A stretch of 64,000 bases of DNA from contig CBDCLX010000002.1 of assembly GCA_965218815.1 (NCBI GenBank), positions 2,918,176 through 2,982,175 on the forward strand, given 5' to 3'. Shown in pieces: positions 19,564-28,362 of this stretch. A program made the translations under genes and the position numbers. Every line of letters starts with the position of its first letter. Position 1 is the stretch's first letter. The notes under the pieces were generated by a model that made no database searches, had not been told where the DNA came from, and was given only the letters and a program-made list of their open reading frames with translations. The DNA comes from Bdellovibrionales bacterium. GTDB lineage: Bacteria; Bdellovibrionota; Bdellovibrionia; Bdellovibrionales; JAGQZY01.

Positions 19564-20723
19564 GAAAAAAGAGGAAAGCAAAAAAGAAGGAGAAAGCGAT
19601 GGTTAAAAAGACAACCCAAGCTTCGACCATTCGATCATCTGCGGCTGAATACTTGACCTTTGTAGCCGCCATTGGCGATTCGGAATCCAGTGTTGAGATG
19701 CGTTATGAAGATGAGAATATCTGGCTCACGCAAAAGATGATGGCAACCCTGTATGGCGTTTCGGTTTCTGCAATCAACCAGCATTTAAAGCGGATATTTG
19801 CGGATAATGAGTTGGATGAAAGCTCAGTTATTAAGCAATACTTAATAACTGCCACAGATGGAAAAAACTACAATACGAGGCATTACAACCTGCAGGCCAT
19901 TATTGCCGTTGGTTTTAAGATTGAAAATGAACGTGCCGTTCAGTTCCGTAAATGGGCCAACCGTATCGTAAAGGATTACACCATTCAGGGTTGGACGATG
20001 GATGTGGAGCGTCTCAAAAAAGGCGGTAGCATTCTGGACAACGATTTCTTTGAACACCAGCTTGAAAAGATCAGAGAAATCAGGCTTTCCAAACGCAGGT
20101 TCTATCAGAAAATCACCGATATTTATGCAATGTCATTGGATTACGATTCTACCGCAACTGCAACGAAACGCTTCTTCTCTGCTGTTCAAAACAAAATGCA
20201 CTACGCCGTTCATGGCCAGACTGCTGCTGAGGTCATTGTGAATCGTGCCGATCACAAAAAGGAGAAAATGGGCTTGACCAATTGGGAGGGTACACCAGAA
20301 GGCAAAATCCACAAGTACGATGTAGCCATTGCTAAAAACTACCTGTCTGAATATGAATTGGCACAAATGCAGCGGATTGTATCGGCCTATTTAGATATGG
20401 CTGAAATGCAGGCCATGCGTAAAATCCCCATGACCATGGCCGACTGGGAGGAACGCTTAAGTGGCTTTCTGAAATTATGGGATCGTGAAATTTTAAAGGA
20501 TGCTGGCAAGGTGAGTGCCGAAATTGCCAAAACCCATGCAGAAAGTGAATTTGAAAAATACCGCATTGTTCAAGATCAACTTTATGAATCGGACTTTGAC
20601 AAACAACTAAAAGCACTTGAAGTCCTTGAGAAGGAAATAACAAATCATAAAGGGCAACGCCCTGAATCTACAGAAGAGGATGGGGTCTTATCAAGAAAAA
20701 AACCGCAAGAGGAGAGAGAGTAG
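19560..20723 (+). CDS. rhuM: RhuM-family protein
   Basis: YEDENIWLTQKMMATLYGVSVSAINQHLKRIF...NLQAIIAVGFKIENERAVQFRKWAN is typical RhuM. The real start may be the ATG at 19599. Confidence 0.85.
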   Translation: MRKKRKAKKKEKAMVKKTTQASTIRSSAAEYLTFVAAIGDSESSVEMRYEDENIWLTQKMMATLYGVSVSAINQHLKRIFADNELDESSVIKQYLITATDGKNYNTRHYNLQAIIAVGFKIENERAVQFRKWANRIVKDYTIQGWTMDVERLKKGGSILDNDFFEHQLEKIREIRLSKRRFYQKITDIYAMSLDYDSTATATKRFFSAVQNKMHYAVHGQTAAEVIVNRADHKKEKMGLTNWEGTPEGKIHKYDVAIAKNYLSEYELAQMQRIVSAYLDMAEMQAMRKIPMTMADWEERLSGFLKLWDREILKDAGKVSAEIAKTHAESEFEKYRIVQDQLYESDFDKQLKALEVLEKEITNHKGQRPESTEEDGVLSRKKPQEERE

Positions 20724-20869
20724 AAAGTGAGATTGAGAAATACCGAATTGTTCAGGATCGGTTGTTTGAATCTGATTTTGATAAGGAAATAAAAAGTATT
20801 GAGAAGAAAGTCTTATTGAAAGAAGACAGCCATAAAGTAAAGAGTAAGGAAAAAGAGAATAAAAAGTGA
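20723..20869 (+). pseudogene. Orphan 3' remnant of a second rhuM-like gene
   Basis: Reads ESEIEKYRIVQDRLFESDFDKEIK... and parallels 20541-20620 (ESEFEKYRIVQDQLYESDFDKQLK) of the intact gene. It has no start codon and is out of frame with rhuM. Confidence 0.6.
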
Positions 20870-21015
20870 TTTTTGAAAAAAGCTGATAAAATGTTGTTAT
20901 TATATTACAACAAACCATTTATTATATTGACGGTTAATAATATAAACTATTGAAAATAAAGAATAAAAATGTATTGTTTTTTAATTACAACATTTTTCTG
21001 GCAATCCACCAAATA

Positions 21016-21032
21016 TTGTAATAATATTACAA
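21016..21032. promoter_or_regulatory. Operator-like palindrome TTGTAAT-AAT-ATTACAA in front of the XRE gene
   Basis: Perfect 7-3-7 palindrome, 15 bp upstream of the RBS/ATG (21047). A near copy, TTGTTAT-TAT-ATTACAA, lies at 20894-20910, and a further ATTACAA lies near 20985. Confidence 0.4.
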
Positions 21033-21046
21033 AAAAAGGAGAGCTT

Positions 21047-21418
21047 ATGACTTTTGGAGAATTATTTAAAAAACTGAGGATCAGACTGGGGCAGACCTTG
21101 CGTCAGTTTTGTGAGGAAAATGACTTTGACCCGGGAAATATTTCCAAATTGGAAAGAGGACTTTTACCGGCTCCACAATCGGAGAAAAAGCTCAGATCTT
21201 ACACGAAAGCTCTAAGCATTCGTCCGGGAGATGATGAATATATCGAGTTTTTTGATCTGGCAGCAGTGTCCAACAAAAATTTTACAGTCAAAAACATTGA
21301 AAATCAGGACTTATTAAACAAACTTCCGGTATTGTTCCGCACATTGGATAAAAAAGGTCTCACGGAAGAAAAGCTTGAAAAAATCATCAAAATTGTTAGG
21401 GATGAGGCAAGTGAATAA
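21047..21418 (+). CDS. XRE-family helix-turn-helix regulator
   Basis: FGELFKKLRIRLGQTLRQFCEENDFDPGNISKLERG is an HTH_3-type motif. AAAGGAGAG RBS before the ATG at 21047. Confidence 0.8.
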   Translation: MTFGELFKKLRIRLGQTLRQFCEENDFDPGNISKLERGLLPAPQSEKKLRSYTKALSIRPGDDEYIEFFDLAAVSNKNFTVKNIENQDLLNKLPVLFRTLDKKGLTEEKLEKIIKIVRDEASE

Positions 21419-21770
21419 ATATATCAGCTACGAAAAGATAGAAAAACATAAAGACATTATCAGATCCATCACCACATTGGGACAGTGGAAGAATTATTTA
21501 TTGGGTCAGGGAATGGGAAGGGCCATTTATGAGATTCAGGCTGATAATTTTGCAGGATGCCTGTTAATGCCCCAACCGGAAGTCATCCAAAAATTTCATA
21601 TTCAGAAAACCAAAGCCATTGAAAAATTTGAAACTGCCGACATGACTAGACCTGACGATAAAACTTTAATTTCATTTATAGCCAATGAAGCTGCCCGTCA
21701 GTTTAATGTTTCTCCAAGAGCCGCCGAAATTCGTTTATTAAAAGTTTTGCCTCTTCACCAGAATTTGTGA
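21375..21770 (+). CDS. ImmA/IrrE-like (DUF955-type) protein lacking an obvious HEXXH; 3' end replaced by the ISL3 insertion
   Basis: EIQADNFAGCLLMPQPEV resembles the conserved E..AN.FA..LLMP region of ImmA/IrrE. It overlaps the XRE gene. Its last 7 sense codons and stop lie inside the IS. Confidence 0.5.
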   Translation: MKKSSKLLGMRQVNKYISYEKIEKHKDIIRSITTLGQWKNYLLGQGMGRAIYEIQADNFAGCLLMPQPEVIQKFHIQKTKAIEKFETADMTRPDDKTLISFIANEAARQFNVSPRAAEIRLLKVLPLHQNL

Positions 21771-23254
21771 ATGAGTGGAGGTTCAGGTAATCTTCCAAGG
21801 GAATGATATAAAGCTATTTTAATGGATTTGTACTCCCTAAAACCGTAAGATTTTCTCATAGTCAGTTTTACTTTGTTGTTTAAACCCTCTACAATCCCCG
21901 ATGAAAATTGTTTTTTGGCCCTAAACCAATTGAGAATGAGATCCTTATGTCGTCGAATCATCTTGGCTTCATGTTTCAAAGGCTCTATCCGGGAACGCAT
22001 GACTTTGGTTGTCCAGCGAGCCAGAAACTTATCCGCCCATGAGGGGGATAAATAATCCCAAAAGAATTGGAACTCTTCTTTTAGTAAATAGGCCCTGACG
22101 CTCCTGAGGTTGTATTGTAAAAGTTTCTTCAAACCAACCTCCTGTTTTTCTGTCAGATTCTCTGAGTGCTTTAATAAAAGCCACCTGGAGTTTGTTAACA
22201 CAGGGTCATATCCATCCGCTTTCATCTGACGATGCTCTCCCGCTCTCACTTTATCTATTGCTTTGTTAATCCGAGCAACGATATGAAAACGGTCCAGGAT
22301 ATGAGTGGCTTGAGACACTCGATCCTTTATAACCTTCAAATAAGGTTTCCACATATCTGAGCAAACGTATTCAATAAGTTGTGTTCTTCTTGTCCCCAGC
22401 ATATCAAAGAACTTTGAAAAAGTTTCCTCTGTCCGCTCTTTTCCAATCCAAAGTAAACGGACACATCCGGAGTTGATCTGATAAACTAAAGTTAGATATT
22501 TATGCCCCTTTTTCCACTGAATCTCATCAACTCCAATAGCCCTGACACTCTCTAAACAGCGATGGGAAAGGCCCCACTCAACGATAAACTCCACAGAGCG
22601 AAAAACCTTCCCCCAACTTGTTCTAAACCGAACTGACACCTCTTTCCATGACAGCACCTTGGCCCAATTTGCCAGAAATTGCATATAGACTTTGGTTAAT
22701 TGGTTTTTTCCATCACTCCATGGAGTTTTTTCAACTTTAACTCCACACCAAGAGCAGTTGACTCGTCTCATTTTATAACAGAAGAACACGGGAATTCCCC
22801 AGATAGGAATAAATTCAAATTTTCGTGCCTTCGGGGATGTATCATAAATAGAAGCCTCCTGATGGCATCCCGAACAAATGGGGATACCATTTTTTCGAGG
22901 GTGAATTTGAACATGAATACAAGTTTCCCCGCCCTCGGTGAATAAAGTTATTCTCCCGTAAACAAAAGACTTGAATTTGTAACATTTATTTAGGATAGTC
23001 TTTACCAGCATCTTTTCGCCCTTTTTTGGTTGTTGTTTTCTCAAATTATGATTTACTGGAATCTGGCGGGAGATGCTATTTCAATATGAATCTTAATGCA
23101 CTAAAAATGTGATTCGTTGAGCGGGGATGCTCAACGAATTGGGGTGTGGGGCAGAGCCCCATATCAGCCAGGATGGCTGTCCTTATTTATTCCACGAAAT
23201 GACATTTAGAAGTTAAAAAGGGCTTTTTTTATCCACATCTTCTGGTGAATATCC
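21749..23254 (-). mobile_element. ISL3-family insertion sequence (1506 bp) with 8-bp target-site duplication
   Basis: Imperfect terminal inverted repeats (gcctcttcaccagaatttgtgaatgag versus the reverse complement of the right end, ggatattcaccagaagatgtggataaa; 19 of 27 positions match). Flanked by direct repeats AAAGTTTT at 21741-21748 and 23255-23262. Confidence 0.85.
21755..23044 (-). CDS. ISL3-family transposase
   Basis: 429 aa. N-terminal zinc-finger region (CSGC...CSWCG) and a DDE_Tnp_ISL3-like core (IGVDEIQWKKGHKYLTLV...SDMWKPY...DRFHIV). Confidence 0.93.
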   Translation of the reverse strand: MRKQQPKKGEKMLVKTILNKCYKFKSFVYGRITLFTEGGETCIHVQIHPRKNGIPICSGCHQEASIYDTSPKARKFEFIPIWGIPVFFCYKMRRVNCSWCGVKVEKTPWSDGKNQLTKVYMQFLANWAKVLSWKEVSVRFRTSWGKVFRSVEFIVEWGLSHRCLESVRAIGVDEIQWKKGHKYLTLVYQINSGCVRLLWIGKERTEETFSKFFDMLGTRRTQLIEYVCSDMWKPYLKVIKDRVSQATHILDRFHIVARINKAIDKVRAGEHRQMKADGYDPVLTNSRWLLLKHSENLTEKQEVGLKKLLQYNLRSVRAYLLKEEFQFFWDYLSPSWADKFLARWTTKVMRSRIEPLKHEAKMIRRHKDLILNWFRAKKQFSSGIVEGLNNKVKLTMRKSYGFREYKSIKIALYHSLGRLPEPPLIHKFW

Positions 23255-23524
23255 AAAGTTTTAGGATTGGAGAGAACTTAAAATGATTGATTTATACCAA
23301 AGACCATTTGTTTTTCATGCTTTTTTCATAGAGAAATTCCATGGAAATTCAAACATAATCAGTATAATTTGTGTAACAAAAATTTTTAACATGGCAAAAA
23401 AAGATGGTGGGAGAACACTGCTTGAAAAATCCCATGAAGAAGAAACCTACAAAAAACCCCCGGCCTTTAAACCCATCAGCTATAAATTCGCTAGGAAGTT
23501 GAAGTTATGAAAAGGAGATATTGT

Positions 23525-24139
23525 ATGAAAAAATTCATTTTAAAAACCTTTACTTTGTGTTTGATAAGTTTAACATTTTTCACAGAAATGACTTTTGCAC
23601 AGGAAAGTGATTCCAATAAAAATACAATCACACAAACAATAAATGATTCCAATATTAAATCATCCGAGGAAACAGCAAATGGTTCTGGTAAAACATATTC
23701 TAAACAAACAAATGATAAGTCAAACATAGAACAAAATAGAAATAATAAAAATGATAATAAAAAAAGTCGTTGCTATTTTTTTATAATACAGGCAATATTT
23801 TTATTTTTAGTATTTTTTGGTTACCCTTTATTTTGTCTTCTCAAATATTACTTCATAAAAGAAAATAAAGATTCTTCTCCTTTGAGAGGACTTGATCTTC
23901 CCAAAGGTTCGGTAAGGGCCATGATTGCCATAGCTATCATAGGTTCTTATCTTATCACTCTTTCTATAGGGTCTTTAGTGATTTCGGATGATTATTTTGA
24001 TAAAATTATTGCGGCTTTTGGAGGTCTTGTCGGAGCTGTCGTTGGGTTTTATTTTGGAAGCAGGAACAGTGATCGTGGTGATGGCAAACCAGATACGAAA
24101 AGTAAGGATAATAAGAACCCTAACCAGGATGCTAATTAA
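23525..24139 (+). CDS. Membrane protein with signal peptide, N/K/S-rich exported region and C-terminal TM helices
   Basis: MKKFILKTFTLCLISLTFFTEMTFAQE signal-like N-terminus and AAAAGGAGA RBS before the ATG at 23525. TM segments (FFIIQAIFLFLVFFGYPLF; MIAIAIIGSYLITLSIGSLV; AAFGGLVGAVVGFYFG). Confidence 0.6.
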   Translation: MKKFILKTFTLCLISLTFFTEMTFAQESDSNKNTITQTINDSNIKSSEETANGSGKTYSKQTNDKSNIEQNRNNKNDNKKSRCYFFIIQAIFLFLVFFGYPLFCLLKYYFIKENKDSSPLRGLDLPKGSVRAMIAIAIIGSYLITLSIGSLVISDDYFDKIIAAFGGLVGAVVGFYFGSRNSDRGDGKPDTKSKDNKNPNQDAN

Positions 24140-24163
24140 AATTTACTTAGTGAGGTAAAATAG

Positions 24164-26695
24164 ATGCTTGATGAAAATAAAACGGATTATTTAATAAATG
24201 CTTTGCAAGCAGGAAAAGTTTCTCTTTTCTTAGGATCAGGTTTTAACGAAGGTTCTCTGACAAACAAAGGTCAGTCAATAGCCGACAACCAAACATTAAT
24301 AAAGAAACTTTGGGAATTCAATGGATACTCTGGAGAGCCTAACCAGGAAGATACATTAACTTTTGTTTATCAGTCCACACTTACAAAAAACCCTAATAAA
24401 TCAGAATTGTCAAATCTTCTGAGAGAGAACTTGGAAGTCAACAGTTATCCTGAGTGGATGAAAATATTACCTCTTTTTTTTTGGAGAAAGATTTATTCAA
24501 CAAACATTGACAACCTTGTGGAAAAAATTTATTCAGACTCTAGCTCCAGTAGAGTTAATTCTCAAATTTTAAATCCAGTAAATGGTCAAACTGATGACTA
24601 TTGTGAACGTGATACGACTTTTCATAAACTAATAAAAGTTTCTTTACATGGCACCTTGGGGAGTGCTCCTGATAAAATCACTTTTGGAATTTTTCAATAT
24701 GCAGCAAGATCTAATGAAAAATATGATCCATGGTATTATGATTTCGTGTATGAATATTCAAATTTTCCATTTATTTTTATTGGTTCAAAATTAGATGAGC
24801 CTATATTTTGGCAGTATTTAGAAGCAAGAAAAGAAAAACATGGTAATCAGGAAAGAAGACCTCGGTCATTTATTATAACTCCAGATATTTCTCCTGCACG
24901 CAAGTATATCTTATCAAAATATAATATTCATCATATTCCAAAAAAAGCAAAAGACTTTTTCCTTTGGTTAAATGAGTTGTTCCCAGAAAAACCAAATCGA
25001 ATGGATGTAATCAAAAAGTCTGAACCTGATCTTATTCTAATTGCAAAAGCTTTAGCTCAAAATGTATCTCGTAAAACTATCAAATCTCTAAAAAGTTTTC
25101 TTGATGAATTCCAAAATGTTAAACCAGTTAAACCAGATCCTGCACATCGTAAAACATTTTTTCATAGTGGAGCAGTGCCAACTTGGCAGGATATTGCACA
25201 TAAGCTGGATGCAAAAAGAGATATTACGGATGAAATTTATGATAATATTTTTTCGATAAAAGAAGATAACAAACCAAAATACATTTTTGTTCATGGAACT
25301 GCCGGTTCAGGGAAAAGTACAGTAGCAAAAAGATTAGCATGGAATCTATCTTCTAACCAATTTCAAGTTTATTTCAATGAAAGCAGTCATATTCCAATTT
25401 TTTCTTTAATCAAAGAGTCAGTTGAATATATTGGTGGTCATCCTATTTTTATTATTGATGATGTTCATAAAAATATTCAATCAAATAAAGACTTTATTAA
25501 AAAATTGAATGACATGAATTTTCAAGCATCTGTAATTGCTTTTTCAAGATCATCAAGTGTAGATAATTTAATTGTTAGTCTTGAAAATTCAGTAGAATTA
25601 AAAGAATACTCCTTAAAAGACCTGTCTCTTTCTGAAATAAAGAATATCTTATCAGTTCTTGATGAAACTGGAATGTTAGGTAAACTTCAGGGGCTACCCA
25701 TGGAGAAAAGGATTGAAGAATTTCAAGTAAGAGCCAAAAAACAAATTTTAGTGGCTATGAAAGAAGCAACACAGGCTAGAGCTTTTGGTGAAATTATTAA
25801 GCAAGAATACAAAGAAATTGAAAATGAAGAAGCTCGCAAACTTTACCTTTTAACTTCCTTAGTAACTGCTCATGGATATTCACTACCAAAAACATTTTTT
25901 ATAGGAGCCATGGATATTGCTCCAAATAAATGTTTAAACTTTTTAAATAGAGACCTGAGAGGTCTTATTATTGATATGAATGAAAAATTTATTGCCAGAC
26001 ACCCTCTTATAGCTGAGCATATCGTATCAACAGTTGAAGACCTACAAACATTAAAGAACTGTTATCTTGATATTCTGAGCAGATTGTCTTCTTTACTTGG
26101 TTTAACATCTAACAAACATGATAAAAATTTTAAAATGTACAAGTCTTTAATTAAGCATGAACTTTTGATAAAATATTTTGGAATAGAGGAATTATATTTT
26201 GTTAGAGAGATATATGACAGTATAAAAGAGAAACGCAAACATGATTTTCACTTTTGGCTTCATTATAGCAATCTTGAACTTGAAAATGACTCCCTGGATT
26301 TGGCTAAAACCTATATCAGTTCAGCAAAATCTTTGTTGGAATCGGCAAATCAGTCAAATGATTTTGTTGAACTTACTGAGATTCAAATTGATATGAAGAA
26401 AGCAATCTATTGTCCTGAATCTGTCGAAGCCAATAATTTATATGAAATCTCCTGTGAAAGAATTAAAATAAATCAGGAGAATTTTTATTTGAAAGCCAAA
26501 AATCAAATGCCCAATACATGGGTGCAATCAAAATTAGGGAATATTTGTGAAATAATACAAGATGGAACTCATTTTTCTCCAAAATCAAAAAGTGGTCCAT
26601 GCAAGTATATCACCTCAAAAAATATTCGGTTTGGAAAGCTAGATATAACAAGTCTTTCTTATATTTCTCAAGAGGAGATGTCCCGTGCAATTTAG
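24164..26695 (+). CDS. SIR2-like / P-loop STAND NTPase / helical-repeat protein (AVAST type 5-like); the ORF runs in frame into the hsdS start
   Basis: SIR2_2-type motifs (VSLFLGSGFN, IYSTNIDNLVE, KVSLHGT, FIFIGSKLDEP). Walker A VHGTAGSGKST (about 25295-25320), Walker B IFIIDDVH, long alpha-helical C-terminus. The last 62 aa are an HsdS N-terminus. Confidence 0.8.
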   Translation: MLDENKTDYLINALQAGKVSLFLGSGFNEGSLTNKGQSIADNQTLIKKLWEFNGYSGEPNQEDTLTFVYQSTLTKNPNKSELSNLLRENLEVNSYPEWMKILPLFFWRKIYSTNIDNLVEKIYSDSSSSRVNSQILNPVNGQTDDYCERDTTFHKLIKVSLHGTLGSAPDKITFGIFQYAARSNEKYDPWYYDFVYEYSNFPFIFIGSKLDEPIFWQYLEARKEKHGNQERRPRSFIITPDISPARKYILSKYNIHHIPKKAKDFFLWLNELFPEKPNRMDVIKKSEPDLILIAKALAQNVSRKTIKSLKSFLDEFQNVKPVKPDPAHRKTFFHSGAVPTWQDIAHKLDAKRDITDEIYDNIFSIKEDNKPKYIFVHGTAGSGKSTVAKRLAWNLSSNQFQVYFNESSHIPIFSLIKESVEYIGGHPIFIIDDVHKNIQSNKDFIKKLNDMNFQASVIAFSRSSSVDNLIVSLENSVELKEYSLKDLSLSEIKNILSVLDETGMLGKLQGLPMEKRIEEFQVRAKKQILVAMKEATQARAFGEIIKQEYKEIENEEARKLYLLTSLVTAHGYSLPKTFFIGAMDIAPNKCLNFLNRDLRGLIIDMNEKFIARHPLIAEHIVSTVEDLQTLKNCYLDILSRLSSLLGLTSNKHDKNFKMYKSLIKHELLIKYFGIEELYFVREIYDSIKEKRKHDFHFWLHYSNLELENDSLDLAKTYISSAKSLLESANQSNDFVELTEIQIDMKKAIYCPESVEANNLYEISCERIKINQENFYLKAKNQMPNTWVQSKLGNICEIIQDGTHFSPKSKSGPCKYITSKNIRFGKLDITSLSYISQEEMSRAI

Positions 26696-27691
26696 TGATG
26701 TTCTTCTCACAAAGGACGGGGCTAATACCGGGAATGCGTCATTAAATACAATAGAAGGTGAATTTAGTTTATTATCAAGTGTTGCTTTATTAAGAGCAGA
26801 TAATAAGAAAAGCTGCAATGAATTTCTTTTACAATATATATTGAGTCCGAAAATGCAATATATTATTAAAAATGAGATGATCGGACAGGCCATAACTAGA
26901 CTAACTTTAAAAAGAATAAAATTGCTTCCAATCATCCTCCCTCCCCTCACAGAACAAAAAAAGATTGCGGAGATTCTTTCAACCTGGGATCGGGCTATTG
27001 AACTGACTGAAAAATTGATTGAAGCCAAGGAGAAGAAAAAAAGAGGACTGATGCAACAGCTCCTCACTGGCAAAAAACGCTTCCCTGGGTTTAGTGGGAA
27101 GTGGGAGAAAAAGAAATTAGATGAGATCGTTGAGTTTTATAAGGGAAAAGGGTTATCCAAAAAAGATATATCAAAAGATGGTTCATTTAAATGTATTCAC
27201 TATGGAGAACTATTTACCAAATACAATGAAAATATAGAAAATATACTCAGTTTTACAGAACATAGAAAAAATATGTTTTTCTCAAAAAAAATGATGTTCT
27301 CATGCCAACCTCAGATGTTACACCTACAGGTCTTGCTACTGCCAGTTGTATCAACGAGGATGATATAATTTTAGGAGGAGATATTTTGATTATTAGATCT
27401 GACAAACGTGTTTTAAATGGAAAATTTCTTTCTTATTTTATAAGGTTTAATAAAAATAAAATTATGCGTTTAGTCTCAGGAACAACCGTTTATCATATTT
27501 ACGGATCTGATGTGAAAACTTTTCAAATATTGCTTCCTTCTAATGAAGAACAAAATAAGATCGTATCAACCCTCTTAAATTCCAATGAAGAGATAAAAAT
27601 TCTTAAAAAGAAATTGAAAAAATTGCATGAATCAAAGAAAGGACTGATGCAACAACTTTTAACAGGAAAAAGAAGAGTAAAGGTCCTTTAG
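26507..27691 (+). pseudogene. hsdS: Full-length (two-TRD) type I specificity subunit broken by two 1-nt frameshifts
   Basis: Three consecutive ORF pieces (26507-26695, 26685-27368, 27302-27691) read as one HsdS: MPNTWVQSKLGNICEII..., central LPPLTEQKKIAEIL...GLMQQLLTGKKRF, C-terminal LPSNEEQNKIV...GLMQQLLTGKRRV. The shifts lie at a C3 run (about 26679-26681) and an A8 run (27284-27291). Confidence 0.8.
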
Positions 27692-27701
27692 GAGATATTT
27701 C

Positions 27702-27935
27702 ATGTCAAAAAGCCGAACATTTTCCTTATATCTTCTCAAAAAGGGCTATAATGCAAGTAATGCATTAAAGCCTGAGAACTCACTCGAAGATATTTCTGAG
27801 AAATGTTCTGCCCTTCCTCAAGGAACCACTCTATATGTTATGGATAAGCCCCCAACCTCCATCGGACGTTTTGGTATGAATAAAAAATATTTTATGAAGA
27901 ATTTCTCATTGAAAGGAGATATTGTTTATGAATAA
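27702..27935 (+). CDS. Hypothetical 77-aa ORF, possibly a truncated remnant
   Basis: The N-terminus (TFSLYLLKKGYNASNALKPENS...) faintly recalls the N-termini of the TIGR04141/DUF6119 'sporadically distributed' proteins. That is a weak recollection only. It overlaps the next gene. Confidence 0.3.
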   Translation: MSKSRTFSLYLLKKGYNASNALKPENSLEDISEKCSALPQGTTLYVMDKPPTSIGRFGMNKKYFMKNFSLKGDIVYE

Positions 27936-28362
27936 AAAAGAGTTAAATACAATAGAAGTGGCAAAAAGTAACTTTAAGAAGAAACTGCTGAGTTTTAAAA
28001 AATCTTTGCAGTCTTTTAAAGAAATTTATTCTTCCTATTTGGAAGAGCCGAATCAAAAAGTTTCCCAAATGGCTTTGATTAAAAGTTTTGAAATTACTTT
28101 TGAATTAAGCTGGAAAACCCTACAGTCTTTTTTAAAGTCCCAGGGCTATATTGAAGAGAACTCACCAAAAGGTGTTATAAAATCAGCCTTTAACAAAGAC
28201 ATTATTGAAAACGGGCAATTATGGATAGATATGCTGGATTCCAGAAATAGATTATCCCATGTTTATGACGAGAGTCTGTTGAATGAAGTGATTCAAAAGA
28301 TTTCCAGAAATTATTTAGAAGAAATAGAAAAACTTTATAAGAAGTTGGAAGAGAAAGACTGA
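27922..28362 (+). CDS. HEPN-type nucleotidyltransferase substrate-binding protein (HI0074 family)
   Basis: FEITFELSWKTLQSFLK...MLDSRNRLSHVYDE carries the R(X4-6)H HEPN motif and the HI0074-family pattern. Confidence 0.85.
   Translation: MFMNKKELNTIEVAKSNFKKKLLSFKKSLQSFKEIYSSYLEEPNQKVSQMALIKSFEITFELSWKTLQSFLKSQGYIEENSPKGVIKSAFNKDIIENGQLWIDMLDSRNRLSHVYDESLLNEVIQKISRNYLEEIEKLYKKLEEKD

Noticed and set aside
23283-23510. 75-aa ORF upstream of the membrane protein gene
   Set aside because: It begins right at the ISL3 target duplication. It has no RBS, and its apparent ATGA coupling is to an upstream ATG (23507) that is probably not the real start (ATG 23525 has the RBS). It cannot be supported or excluded.
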